Sequence record: PV340539
Origin: Escherichia phage mEp234
DNA length: 40,804 nt
Direction: 5' to 3' (one strand)
This document shows, one piece after another, positions 1 to 7,899 of the stretch; position 1 is the first letter of the stretch; every line of letters starts with the position of its first letter. The notes under the pieces were generated by a model, which saw nothing but the letters and a program-made list of their open reading frames with translations, searched no databases and was not told the DNA's origin. The translations under genes and the position numbers were made by a program.

Positions 1-177
1 TTCGTAATCGTGAAAGAGGAAGGTAGGTTGTTTATCTGTGTCTGTCATTGTCTAGCATTGTCCACTGTAGTTAATTAACTGTCTGTTATAACTCGAAAAA
101 CAACCATTTTTTCACCTGAGTATGTCTACTAACGTCAAATATAGTTGTTTACTGTGCGCTGTTGTCCATGTGATATT

Positions 178-224
178 GTGTACCAGATGTGTACCAAACC
201 ATTATTTCTGAGCGTACCAAATAT
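178..224 (+). repeat. Cluster of three GTACCA(A/G) direct repeats just upstream of int; putative integrase arm-type binding sites (attL-side arm)
   Basis: 'tgtgtaccag', 'tgtgtaccaaacc', 'gcgtaccaaata' within 50 bp; same motif recurs at 40727-40749. Confidence 0.4.
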
Positions 225-229
225 TATTT

Positions 230-1408
230 ATGGCTATAAGCGACACAAAACTGCGTACTATTTATGGTAAACCATATTCGGGCCCACAAGAAGTGGCTGA
301 TGCCGATGGCCTCAGCGTACGAATTTCACCGAAGGGGGTCATCCAGTTCCAGTACCGCTATCGCTGGCATGGCAAGCCTAATCGACTTGGGCTTGGTCGA
401 TACCCATCCCTGTCTTTGAAGGATGCCAGACAGATCACTGCTGACTTGCGAAAGCTCTATTTCTCAGGAACGGATCCACGCACTTATTTTGAAGAGAAGG
501 TGGAGAACTCCATGACGGTCGCCCAGTGTCTCGACTACTGGTTCGACAATTACGTCTCTACAACTCTCAGAGAAAAGACCCAGGCACTTTACCGATCAAC
601 GGTTATGAAGCGCATGCATGACGCCTTCCCTAATCGACCGGCATCTTCTATCACGGTTAAGCAATGGGTTGACCTGCTTACCGAAGAAGAAAAAGATAAT
701 CCACGCCGAGCAAGGCAGGTGCTAAGTCAACTAAGATCAGCAATTAGTTGGTGCATGCGGCGTCAGTTGATAGATAGTTGCGCAATTATGAGCATCCAGC
801 CAAGGGACTTCGGCTCCCGCGCTGAGGTAGGGGATCGGGTACTGTCGTATCACGAACTGGCTAAGATTTGGCTTGCTATTGAAAGAAGCCGTGCGTCTAC
901 GTCAAATAAGCTCCTTCATCAGATGCTTATGCTGTGGGGGGCGAGGCTCTCAGAGCTTAGGCTGGCAACAAAGACAGAATTTGACCTGCTGGACAACGTA
1001 TGGACCGTACCGAAAGAGCATAGCAAGATGGGTAATGTTATCCGCCGTCCAATCTTCGAACAAATTAAGCCTTTTCTCGAAAAGGCCATGACAACGTACA
1101 ATGATGTTCTTTTCCCTGGAGAAGACATAAACAAACCGATCAGCATCGCTGCAGCCAACCGATTCGTAAACAGAATAAGGGGAGGGATGGATCTAGGTTA
1201 CTGGCGAACACATGATTTCAGAAGAACGCTTGTTACACGTCTGTCCGAGATGAATGTCGAGCCTCATGTTACTGAGCGAATGCTCGGTCATGAACTTGGC
1301 GGGATAATGTCCGTATACAATAAACACGACTGGATAGAGGCTCAGCGCAAAGCGTATGAGCTTCACGCTGATAAATTGTTCTGGCACATCAGGAGCATTT
1401 CTGATTAA
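230..1408 (+). CDS. int: Tyrosine site-specific integrase, P4-like with N-terminal arm-binding (DUF4102-type) domain
   Basis: 392 aa; N-terminus '...GLSVRISPKGVIQFQYRYRWHGKPNRLGLGRYPSLSLKDAR', C-terminal 'HDFRRT...RMLGHE...Y' catalytic signature. Confidence 0.93.
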   Translation: MAISDTKLRTIYGKPYSGPQEVADADGLSVRISPKGVIQFQYRYRWHGKPNRLGLGRYPSLSLKDARQITADLRKLYFSGTDPRTYFEEKVENSMTVAQCLDYWFDNYVSTTLREKTQALYRSTVMKRMHDAFPNRPASSITVKQWVDLLTEEEKDNPRRARQVLSQLRSAISWCMRRQLIDSCAIMSIQPRDFGSRAEVGDRVLSYHELAKIWLAIERSRASTSNKLLHQMLMLWGARLSELRLATKTEFDLLDNVWTVPKEHSKMGNVIRRPIFEQIKPFLEKAMTTYNDVLFPGEDINKPISIAAANRFVNRIRGGMDLGYWRTHDFRRTLVTRLSEMNVEPHVTERMLGHELGGIMSVYNKHDWIEAQRKAYELHADKLFWHIRSISD

Positions 1409-1580
1409 CGCCACCGTTAAGAATCCACCCTTCAACAGCTTCACGAAGGTATGATTTGGGGTGGGTTCTGACTGGCTTCGGAAATCCGTGCCGTTTGGTA
1501 TAGTTCCAGATTGTCTGACGTGATGAAACACCGAGCTTGTTCATCACTTCTTTCTCAGGAATCAGGCTGGTATCGGTCAT
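1389..1580 (-). CDS. AlpA/excisionase-family small DNA-binding protein (putative Xis or regulator)
   Basis: 63 aa, HTH-like '...LGVSSRQTIWNYTKRHGFPKPV...'; convergent with int, 20-nt 3' overlap. Confidence 0.75.
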   Translation of the reverse strand: MTDTSLIPEKEVMNKLGVSSRQTIWNYTKRHGFPKPVRTHPKSYLREAVEGWILNGGVNQKCS

Positions 1581-1659
1581 CTTAATTCTCCAGGCAAAAA
1601 TAAACCGCCATATAGCGGCTCTATCAGATATGTACAGGCCTCATCGAGTGTGAGGCGGG

Positions 1660-2004
1660 TTAGTCCTTGCGTAGCTCACTGATTCTTCTGTAAGTCTCTG
1701 GTGCTTTGTTCCCGTACGTCTTCATTTCAGACTTCAACAGAGCAACGAGGGGATCCCATTCGTTGAGGATGCCTTTGAATGCCGGAACGCGCTTTGCAAC
1801 CTTGTCGAATGAATCTCTGATTTCTGGAATCTGCTCGACAAGTGCAACGCATCGTCTGAAATCGGCTGCGTCATGAGGAGCGCCGAAGTGATGACCATAG
1901 ATATTCTTTTTCAGGCCACATGCGATTGAGGCAAGAGTTGCGCTACTGATGCCGACATCGCCAGTCGATAGCCATTTCAAAACCTTCATAGCCAAATCTG
2001 ACAT
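1660..2004 (-). CDS. Hypothetical phage protein (distal end of the leftward early operon)
   Basis: 114-aa ORF with GGAG RBS upstream of ATG; no family recognised. Confidence 0.55.
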   Translation of the reverse strand: MSDLAMKVLKWLSTGDVGISSATLASIACGLKKNIYGHHFGAPHDAADFRRCVALVEQIPEIRDSFDKVAKRVPAFKGILNEWDPLVALLKSEMKTYGNKAPETYRRISELRKD

Positions 2005-2026
2005 TTCTTGTCTCCATAAAACAAAA

Positions 2027-2050
2027 CTCGCCGTAGCGAGTTCAGATAAA
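2027..2050 (-). terminator. Putative intrinsic terminator (hairpin 'aactcgc-tacg-gcgagtt' + U-run on minus strand) between IS and 114-aa gene
   Basis: Stem-loop followed by TTTTGTTTT on minus strand. Confidence 0.3.
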
Positions 2051-2218
2051 AGAAATCCCCGCGAGTGCGAGGATTGTTATGTAATATTGGGTTTAATCAT
2101 CTATATGTTTTGTACAGAGAGGGCAAGTATCGTTTCCACCGTACTCGTGACCTGCTCCCCGTTGATTAGTACACCCCGATGTTAGTAATGTCTTCATAAG
2201 CCACATGAGGACATCCCC

Positions 2219-2482
2219 ATGAAGAAGCGTTTTTCCGACGAACAGATCATCAGTATTCTCCGCGAAGCCGAAGCTGGGGTACCCGCCCGTGAACTCTGCC
2301 GCAAGCATGCCATTTCCGATGCCACGTTTTACACCTGGCGTAAGAAGTATGGCGGTATGGAGGTGCCTGAAGTTAAGCGCCTGAAGTCGCTTGAGGAAGA
2401 GAACACCAGACTCAAGAAGCTGCTTGCCGAAGCCATGCTGGATAAAGAGGCGCTTCAGGTGGCTCTTGGGCGAAAGTACTGA
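2219..2482 (+). CDS. IS3-family transposase OrfA (HTH DNA-binding part)
   Basis: 87 aa '[46 protein letters not shown]...' typical IS3/IS407 OrfA with leucine zipper. Confidence 0.9.
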   Translation: MKKRFSDEQIISILREAEAGVPARELCRKHAISDATFYTWRKKYGGMEVPEVKRLKSLEEENTRLKKLLAEAMLDKEALQVALGRKY

Positions 2483-2505
2483 CGACAGACCAGAAGCGGG
2501 AAGCC

Positions 2506-3339
2506 GTGATGTTGATGTGTGATGCGACCGGTCTGTCGCAACGTCGTGCCTGCAGGCTTACAGGTTTATCCCTGTCGACCTGCCGCTATGAGGCTCACCG
2601 TCCGGCTGCTGATGCGCATTTATCAGGGCGCATCACTGAGCTGGCACTGGAGCGCAGGCGTTTTGGCTACCGTCGTATTTGGCAGTTGCTGCGCCGTGAA
2701 GGGCTTCATGTTAATCATAAGCGCGTGTACCGGCTTTATCACCTCAGTGGCCTGGGCGTAAAACGCAGAAGACGTCGTAAAGGGCTGGCAACAGAACGTC
2801 TGCCGCTGCTCCGTCCGGCGGCGCCCAATCTGACCTGGTCGATGGATTTCGTCATGGACGCACTTTCCACCGGTCGCAGGATCAAGTGTCTTACCTGCGT
2901 CGATGATTTCACAAAGGAATGCCTGACGGTCACTGTTGCCTTTGGGATTTCAGGCGTTCAGGTCACGCGTATTCTGGACAGCATTGCACTGTTTCGAGGC
3001 TATCCGGCGACGATAAGAACTGACCAGGGGCCGGAGTTCACTTGCCGTGCACTGGATCAATGGGCCTTTGAGCATGGTGTTGAGTTGCGCTTAATCCAGC
3101 CGGGCAAGCCAACGCAGAACGGATTTATTGAGAGCTTTAACGGACGATTTCGCGATGAATGTTTGAATGAGCACTGGTTCAGCGATATCGTTCATGCCAG
3201 GAAAATTATTAATGACTGGCGGCAGGATTATAACGAATGCCGCCCGCACTCCACGCTGAATTATCAGACACCGTCTGAATTTGCAGCGGGCTGGAGAAAG
3301 GGTCATTCTGAGAATGAAGATTCCGACGTTACTAACTGA
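2506..3339 (+). CDS. IS3-family transposase OrfB (DDE catalytic domain); probably expressed as OrfAB fusion by -1 frameshift in 2446-2482
   Basis: 277 aa with '...[54 protein letters not shown]...'; frame -1 relative to orfA, open from 2446. Confidence 0.9.
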   Translation: MMLMCDATGLSQRRACRLTGLSLSTCRYEAHRPAADAHLSGRITELALERRRFGYRRIWQLLRREGLHVNHKRVYRLYHLSGLGVKRRRRRKGLATERLPLLRPAAPNLTWSMDFVMDALSTGRRIKCLTCVDDFTKECLTVTVAFGISGVQVTRILDSIALFRGYPATIRTDQGPEFTCRALDQWAFEHGVELRLIQPGKPTQNGFIESFNGRFRDECLNEHWFSDIVHARKIINDWRQDYNECRPHSTLNYQTPSEFAAGWRKGHSENEDSDVTN

Positions 3340-3368
3340 GTGTTGTATCTAATCGTGGGGGCAGGTCA

Positions 3369-3513
3369 CAACGGCGCTGTAGTTTGTCCATTCTTTCTTT
3401 TTTGTCTGGCGATCGTAATACTGAACGCCAGCACGGATGTTGAATCCGATATTTTCCCCGGCCTGAAACTCTCTTGCGGGCTTGTTTAGTCTTACAGTAA
3501 TCGAATGTGCCAT
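3369..3513 (-). pseudogene. 5' fragment (~48 codons) of a gene translationally coupled to erf, truncated by the IS element; weakly SSB/OB-fold-like
   Basis: ATG overlaps erf stop (TAATG); 'MAHSITVRLNKPAREFQAGENIGFNIRAGVQYYDRQTKKKEWTNYSAVV' then runs into the IS inverted repeat; no continuation beyond the IS. Confidence 0.45.
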
Positions 3514-4118
3514 TAAGCAGCCGCTCCTTCTAATTCGTCTCGTCTGATGTTGTAAACGTCCTGCGCTTTGTGCTGCTCCGGTGTTCCTTCGAGCATCTTC
3601 CACGCTTTGGCGAACGCCTGTTTAAGCTCTTCCACGGTGTTTTTTTGCATTGCTGCGTCAGTGAATGCTTTTAGAACCTGTTCAGGTGTAGGTGATGGTT
3701 TTGATTGCTTTGCTGCTGCGTTCTGCTGATGTTTATGTTCGTCGGTATCTGCATCTTTCGCATCATCAATGCCGAACAAACCATTAAGGCAATACTTGCG
3801 CGCATAAGAGCTTGTAGCTCCAGTAACTTGTGCAGAATCCATTCCTTTCTTGCTTTCTTCCTCTCGTGCAAGAGCAGTTGCCGTATGACTGTTTTCGCCA
3901 TCGGTAATAGTTGCCGTGGCTTTCACGTAATACCGATCACCAATCAACACAACTTCATCGCTGATTGATAAAAACAGGCCATTCAGTAACGGCTTAACGC
4001 CTTCAAGAATGTCTTCGCAGCTTCTGTATTTATATTTACCGAATGAGTTGTACTGATTCTTTGGCGCGTTCAGATTCTCCTGAATAGCTGCCAGTCTTGC
4101 GTAAAATTCTTTGCTCAT
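3513..4118 (-). CDS. erf: Erf-family ssDNA annealing recombinase (P22 Erf-like)
   Basis: 'MSKEFYARLAAIQENLNAPKNQYNSFGKYKYRSCEDILEGVKPLL...' recalled as matching P22 Erf; likely start is the internal ATG at 4118 (track ORF 3513..4148). Confidence 0.85.
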   Translation of the reverse strand: MSKEFYARLAAIQENLNAPKNQYNSFGKYKYRSCEDILEGVKPLLNGLFLSISDEVVLIGDRYYVKATATITDGENSHTATALAREEESKKGMDSAQVTGATSSYARKYCLNGLFGIDDAKDADTDEHKHQQNAAAKQSKPSPTPEQVLKAFTDAAMQKNTVEELKQAFAKAWKMLEGTPEQHKAQDVYNIRRDELEGAAA

Positions 4119-4128
4119 ATGATTGTTC

Positions 4129-4299
4129 TCAGAATGGACACGGCCCAAGGAAATAACGCTGATTTAATACTTCAGTCTTTGCCGCATTTAAAAATACGCG
4201 AACACCTTCACGATCTCCCTTCTGGCGATACATTAACGCCTGCTGCGTGTACATGCGTCTCTGTAACTTGCTCTCCTTCACTGTGGTTGCAAGTGACAT
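4129..4299 (-). CDS. Small ORF (56 aa) between kil-like and erf; possible Arf-like accessory gene. A 56-aa ORF in another frame (4208..4378) overlaps it, so only one is likely real
   Basis: Strong RBS GAAGGAGATATTCATG; 'MSLATTVKESKLQRRMYTQQALMYRQKGDREGVRVFLNAAKTEVLNQRYFLGPCPF'; below the ORF-track size cutoff. Confidence 0.3.
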   Translation of the reverse strand: MSLATTVKESKLQRRMYTQQALMYRQKGDREGVRVFLNAAKTEVLNQRYFLGPCPF

Positions 4300-4374
4300 G
4301 AATATCTCCTTCGTTACCGATTAATTCTTTCATCTGACGAATGAATTCTTCGTCTGACCAGTTATCTGTAAAAC

Positions 4375-4527
4375 TCATTTCCTGCGATACAACGGAAGGT
4401 TGATAGCTGATTTCATCGCTTTATTTGCTTCAAACCACATTTTGGAATCACCAATAAATCTGGCTATTACTGCTTTGTTTTGTGCAGCACGAAGCATCTG
4501 ATGATTTATGGCTATTTCATTGCGCAT
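4375..4527 (-). CDS. Kil-like small protein (50 aa), putative host cell-division inhibitor
   Basis: 'MRNEIAINHQMLRAAQNKAVIARFIGDSKMWFEANKAMKSAINLPLYRRK'; '...IA(R/T)FIGD..KM...' resembles lambdoid Kil; sits between cIII and erf as in P22/lambda. Confidence 0.4.
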   Translation of the reverse strand: MRNEIAINHQMLRAAQNKAVIARFIGDSKMWFEANKAMKSAINLPLYRRK

Positions 4528-4643
4528 AATAAGACCTCAACTCTTTTCCATCCGTCACGTAATTTACGGGTGATTCGTTCAAGTAAAGATTCATTTAGTT
4601 GGAAGGCACCCATGCGAGCGCCTCCCGCGATTGCGTAAATCAT
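4512..4643 (-). CDS. cIII: cIII-like FtsH inhibitor (43 aa)
   Basis: 'MIYAIAGGARMGAFQLNESLLERITRKLRDGWKRVEVLLCAMK'; 'YAIAG' and 'ESLLERITRKLRDGWKR' match the lambda CIII core as recalled. Confidence 0.75.
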   Translation of the reverse strand: MIYAIAGGARMGAFQLNESLLERITRKLRDGWKRVEVLLCAMK

Positions 4644-4667
4644 GGGTGGTTCCTTATGTTGGTTTTA

Positions 4668-5636
4668 TTAGTAGGTTATTTTTGTTGCGAATACTTCGCC
4701 TTTTACGATGGCTGTTATGATATTTTTAGCAACATCTTCTGATGCACCAACCTTGATAAGGTCAGCAAGTATTTTGTTATTTACTTCTTTCCGGTGAGCT
4801 TTATCCTTTGCTCTACGCTCTTCTTCGTCCTTGATTCTTTTTTCTTCTGCTATTCTGGCTTGCTCTTTTGCTTCAGCCTCGCGCCGGATTCGTTCTGCCT
4901 CCTCCTGTGCTTTTCGGCGTTCTGCTTCAATTGCCACCTGCTTTTCTCTTTCAGCTCGTTCTGCTGCCTCTTTTGCTTCGCGCTGTGCTCGTTGCTCGGC
5001 TTCAATGCGTTCACGCTCTGCACGTTCCGCTGCGGCCTTAGCTTCTGCTTCTCGCCTTGCTGCTGCTTCAATTTCGGCTTTTGCCTTTGCTTCGGCTTCA
5101 GCTCTGGCTTTCTCTTCAGCTTCTCTTTTTAAGCGTTCTTCATGCTCTCGCTTTTCCTGCTCCGCTTTGAGTCTTGCCTCTTCTCTTTGGCGGTCAAATT
5201 CGCGATCCATCAAAATCGCTATTTCATGGTCAGACTCAATTTGCTTTGCGAGAGCTTCAGCTGCTGCCTTAGCTTCTTCTTCGGCTTTAATCCGTGCCTG
5301 CTCCTCCTCATAATCAGTAAGAGGCTGACGCGCCTTGGCTTTCAGCTCATCAAGTCGATCACGCACTGTCTTGCGGTTGGCATCAATTAGCTTTGGAATT
5401 TCCTTCAGTTCAGCAACAAGGTCTTTTCCAAGACCATCGAGATATGTTTTCGTCTGCGCAACTTTATACGCCAGAGAAGCGATCTCCTTTCTGCCCTTTG
5501 CCGTTGTGATATCAGGCACAAAGGACATAACTTCACGTTCAACCTTTTGGAGAATTTCTTCAATCTGGTCGGCAGACTGAAATACAGTCATTGCATTTGC
5601 TTTTTCAATAACAACTAAATCTGTTACTTCACTCAT
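4668..5636 (-). CDS. Early-operon protein with long E/A/K/R-rich coiled-coil central region; function unknown
   Basis: RBS GGAGGATATATG; 322 aa from MSEVTDLVV; central ~200 aa of '(A/E)EAKA...RREAEA' repeats; spurious low-complexity plus-strand ORFs overlap. Confidence 0.7.
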   Translation of the reverse strand: MSEVTDLVVIEKANAMTVFQSADQIEEILQKVEREVMSFVPDITTAKGRKEIASLAYKVAQTKTYLDGLGKDLVAELKEIPKLIDANRKTVRDRLDELKAKARQPLTDYEEEQARIKAEEEAKAAAEALAKQIESDHEIAILMDREFDRQREEARLKAEQEKREHEERLKREAEEKARAEAEAKAKAEIEAAARREAEAKAAAERAERERIEAEQRAQREAKEAAERAEREKQVAIEAERRKAQEEAERIRREAEAKEQARIAEEKRIKDEEERRAKDKAHRKEVNNKILADLIKVGASEDVAKNIITAIVKGEVFATKITY

Positions 5637-5794
5637 ATATCCTCCGTCAAAAAAATTGCCCTCACACTGGAGGGCAAAGAAGATTTCCAATAATCAGAAC
5701 AAGTCGGCTCCTGTTTAGTTACGAGCGACATTGCTCCGTGTATTCACTCGTTGGAATGAATACACAGTGCAGTGTTTATTCTGTTATTTATGCC

Positions 5795-5821
5795 AAAAAT
5801 AAAGGCCGCCATCAGGCAGCC
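5795..5821 (-). terminator. Putative intrinsic terminator at 3' end of the 83-aa gene (minus strand)
   Basis: Hairpin 'ggctgcc-tgat-ggcggcc' followed by UUUAUUUUU on minus strand. Confidence 0.35.
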
Positions 5822-6063
5822 TTGTTGTAAATGTTGCAGGTATCAAGTAAGTAATTAGATGGAGCGCCATAAATTATGAATTCATCGTTTGTCGGGTCCA
5901 TCTCCATCTCTTGGCCTATTGCCATTCTTGCGTCAGTGTCATCAGCGGCGAAGCATAAAACAGCCCACGCACCCATTGTTTTAAAAAGAACTGCAATTGG
6001 CTGTGGTTTTACTGAATTTGCGTTAGCGCGAAAATCACAAATCGCACTTTCATGAAATTCCAT
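5812..6063 (-). CDS. Hypothetical small protein (83 aa) downstream of N
   Basis: ORF in the position of lambdoid ral/sieB-type accessory genes; no family recognised. Confidence 0.45.
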   Translation of the reverse strand: MEFHESAICDFRANANSVKPQPIAVLFKTMGAWAVLCFAADDTDARMAIGQEMEMDPTNDEFIIYGAPSNYLLDTCNIYNKAA

Positions 6064-6121
6064 ATATCACCTCAAATAAGTGGTTTGCTGCCTAATTTTA
6101 TTTTCTGGCGACCAACACAAG

Positions 6122-6505
6122 TCACCTTGCTGTCAGTTGTTTTGATTTCCTGTAGCCTGCCGCGTAAAGAGCTACATTTGGAAGACATACACCAGTTTCT
6201 GGTTGCCTATGCCCAAACTCATTCGCGTACACAATGGCCGCTCTCTCCAGATTGCGTCTGTATTCTTTCTGTTGCCAGATCACGTCCTGTGCCATGAACT
6301 TAATTGGCTTAGCGTCTTCTATGCGCTCAGGCGTTTCGTGAGTACCTTTAGCCTGAATCTGCGCTCTGCTTAGAGTAGGGCGGTGTAATACTTCTGAACT
6401 TATTGCTTCTTCGCGGGCCAGTACGCCGTTAGCTAATGCCTTTGCCTTTAAACGCTCACGACGACGAGAACGTGAATTGCCTTTGAACTGAGTTCTGCGT
6501 GTCAT
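6122..6505 (-). CDS. N: N-type transcription antiterminator, P22 gene-24-like
   Basis: Arg-rich N-terminus 'MTRRTQFKGNSRSRRRERLKAKA'; C-terminus '...LPNVALYAAGYRKSKQLTAR' recalled as matching P22 gp24; first gene after pL/nutL. Confidence 0.8.
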   Translation of the reverse strand: MTRRTQFKGNSRSRRRERLKAKALANGVLAREEAISSEVLHRPTLSRAQIQAKGTHETPERIEDAKPIKFMAQDVIWQQKEYRRNLERAAIVYANEFGHRQPETGVCLPNVALYAAGYRKSKQLTAR

Positions 6506-6670
6506 ATAGACCTCCTGATGAACTTTGGTGGTGTGGTAGGTGGGAGACCCATTTCGACCTGTTTCGGCCTACTTCAATTCGGCAATAGTCCCGCAGGCCT
6601 CGCCGCTTTACGTGCGACATATTCCCGTCCATGAACCCTTCACCACACCCCAAAGTTCACTTTGGTTATT

Positions 6671-6685
6671 GCGCTTTGTCAGCGC
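6671..6685 (-). promoter_or_regulatory. nutL boxB hairpin, P22 type (GCGCUGACAAAGCGC on transcript)
   Basis: Forward 'gcgctttgtcagcgc'; perfect 5-bp stem with GACAA-containing loop in the N leader. Confidence 0.6.
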
Positions 6686-6753
6686 CGTAGATTCATCTCT
6701 GAATCGTTGTATATTCACCGCCCTGGTGAGTAGTGCGTCCTGCTGATGTGTTT

Positions 6754-6817
6754 AGTATCACCGCCAGTGGTATTTATGTCAACACCGCCAGAGATAATTT
6801 ATCACCGCAGATGGTTA
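6754..6817 (-). promoter_or_regulatory. pL promoter with operators oL1-oL2-oL3, lambda type
   Basis: oL1 'TATCACCGCCAGTGGTA' (6756-6772), oL2 'CAACACCGCCAGAGATA', oL3 'TATCACCGCAGATGGTTA'; -35 TTGACA / -10 GATACT on minus strand. Confidence 0.9.
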
Positions 6818-6965
6818 TCTGTATGTTTTTTATATAGATTTATTTTTTTGCAGGGGTGTGTGGCTTGGGAGGTGATCGAGAGATCTGAATTGCGATGTTT
6901 AGTGAGTTGTATCTATTAATTTTCAAATAAATACAATTGGTTATGTGTTTTGGGGCGAACGTGAG

Positions 6966-6993
6966 GCAAAGAAAACCCGGCGCGGTGGCCGGG
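6966..6993 (-). terminator. t-imm-like intrinsic terminator ending the cI-side leftward transcript
   Basis: Hairpin 'cccggccaccgcgccggg' + UUUUCUUUG on minus strand, directly after the acidic-protein stop; lambda-like flank. Confidence 0.7.
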
Positions 6994-7000
6994 TTGGAGA

Positions 7001-7426
7001 TTATTTTCTAGATGATGTTGGGGACCAAGGTAACGTTATAGTATCTAACACTGTGTTTTTGAACATATTTTCAAAAACTGTTTTTGTACATACATATACA
7101 TAATTTTCAAAAAACCAAGCATTTTCATTATAAAAATCCTCAGTTACTTCTTCATCGAGGTCACACTCAAATGTTAGTGTCAAGGTAGCCTCTGCCTTGA
7201 ACAATACATCCTCACCATCATCAAAATCTTTTTTATCGCGAGGGAAACCAGTTATCGATGGCTTAACTTCAATAAAGAGCCAATTTCCATCTTCATCTTT
7301 TTGAGGAACAACGTGATGCTCAGAAAATTTTAAGCTATATTTTCCGCCTTCAGAATTATCACTGTCGTCGATAAAAAGGGAAGAACCCTCGAGATCAAAT
7401 CCCTTAAAGCGAATTTTATCAAGCAT
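7001..7426 (-). CDS. Strongly acidic 141-aa protein of unknown function, third gene of the rex-slot cassette
   Basis: ATG overlaps hicB-like stop (TGATG); D/E- and aromatic-rich ('DDSDNSEGG', 'DKKDFDDGED', 'ECDLDEEVTEDFYNENAWFFENY'); track ORF 7001..7462 starts at a TTG, the ATG at 7426 is preferred. Confidence 0.6.
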   Translation of the reverse strand: MLDKIRFKGFDLEGSSLFIDDSDNSEGGKYSLKFSEHHVVPQKDEDGNWLFIEVKPSITGFPRDKKDFDDGEDVLFKAEATLTLTFECDLDEEVTEDFYNENAWFFENYVYVCTKTVFENMFKNTVLDTITLPWSPTSSRK

Positions 7427-7899
7427 CAATGTGGCACTCCGTTGTCTACTGAAACTTCCCAATAGGTCTCTTCTGTACGTCTACGGGATGAGAAGAAAGT
7501 AACTTCTCTAACATCCCTCGGTTTTTCAAAGTGGTAGTGAACCTCTTTTTTCCCATTAACTGACTCACTGACAGCCTGTTTTACATAATCGTTTAAAGTC
7601 ATATTCTTAGCTTTAGCAGCTAAATATGCTTTTTTATGCAGGGATTCACCTATCCGGATGTTAAACGAACCACTCATTGTCTTATCTGGAGATTTTCCTA
7701 TCTCTTCACAAGTGGAGAGGTAATCGTCCACGGCCTCCTCAAAGGCTGCACGGAGTTCTGCAACCGTTGCACCCTCATAAGTGACGAGATCATTTATACA
7801 TTCGAGTTTTCCATGCATCACCCCATCTTCAAATGAAATGCTGGAGCTACCATAGTAACCTTTGTATTTCATCAAGTTATTCATGATCATCAATCTCAT
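7426..7899 (-). CDS. HicB-like antitoxin-family protein with ~45-aa C-terminal extension (start ambiguous: 7899/7890/7884/7872)
   Basis: '...MKYKGYYGSSSISFEDGVMHGKLECINDLVTYEGATVAELRAAFEEAVDDYLSTCEEIGKSPDKTMSGSFNIRIGESLHKKAYLAAKAKNMTLNDYVKQAV' matches the HicB fold/RHH pattern; overlaps hicA-like 3' end. Confidence 0.7.
   Translation of the reverse strand: MRLMIMNNLMKYKGYYGSSSISFEDGVMHGKLECINDLVTYEGATVAELRAAFEEAVDDYLSTCEEIGKSPDKTMSGSFNIRIGESLHKKAYLAAKAKNMTLNDYVKQAVSESVNGKKEVHYHFEKPRDVREVTFFSSRRRTEETYWEVSVDNGVPH

Larger units (their letters stand above)
2148..3368 (+). mobile_element. IS3-family insertion sequence (IS407-group-like), 1221 bp, imperfect ~45-bp terminal inverted repeats
   Basis: Ends 'TGACCTGCTCCCC...' and '...GGGGGCAGGTCA'; orfA/orfB in 0/-1 frames; flanking 4-mers differ (ctcg vs caac), so no target-site duplication. 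Confidence 0.85.

Noticed and set aside
1-229. Searched both window edges for tRNA/tmRNA-like sequence and for a core att direct repeat
   Set aside because: No cloverleaf-compatible sequence or edge-to-edge direct repeat seen by eye; core sites are probably outside the window.
2093-2308. 71-aa minus-strand ORF crossing the IS left end
   Set aside because: Runs antisense through the IS inverted repeat and orfA start; junction artefact.
3349-3603. 84-aa minus-strand ORF as listed (start inside erf)
   Set aside because: The upstream part overlaps erf in another frame; only the portion from the ATG at 3513 to the IS boundary is interpreted (truncated ssb-like fragment).
4794-5313. Plus-strand ORFs of 112 and 160 aa (Ser/Ala/Phe/Cys-rich) within the coiled-coil gene
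   Set aside because: Antisense artefacts of the repetitive E/A/K-coding DNA; low-complexity composition and no RBS.
5812-6063. Possible Ral (restriction alleviation) identity for the 83-aa ORF, based on a similar C-terminal '...NKAA'
   Set aside because: Similarity is limited to a few terminal residues and lengths differ; not enough to call.
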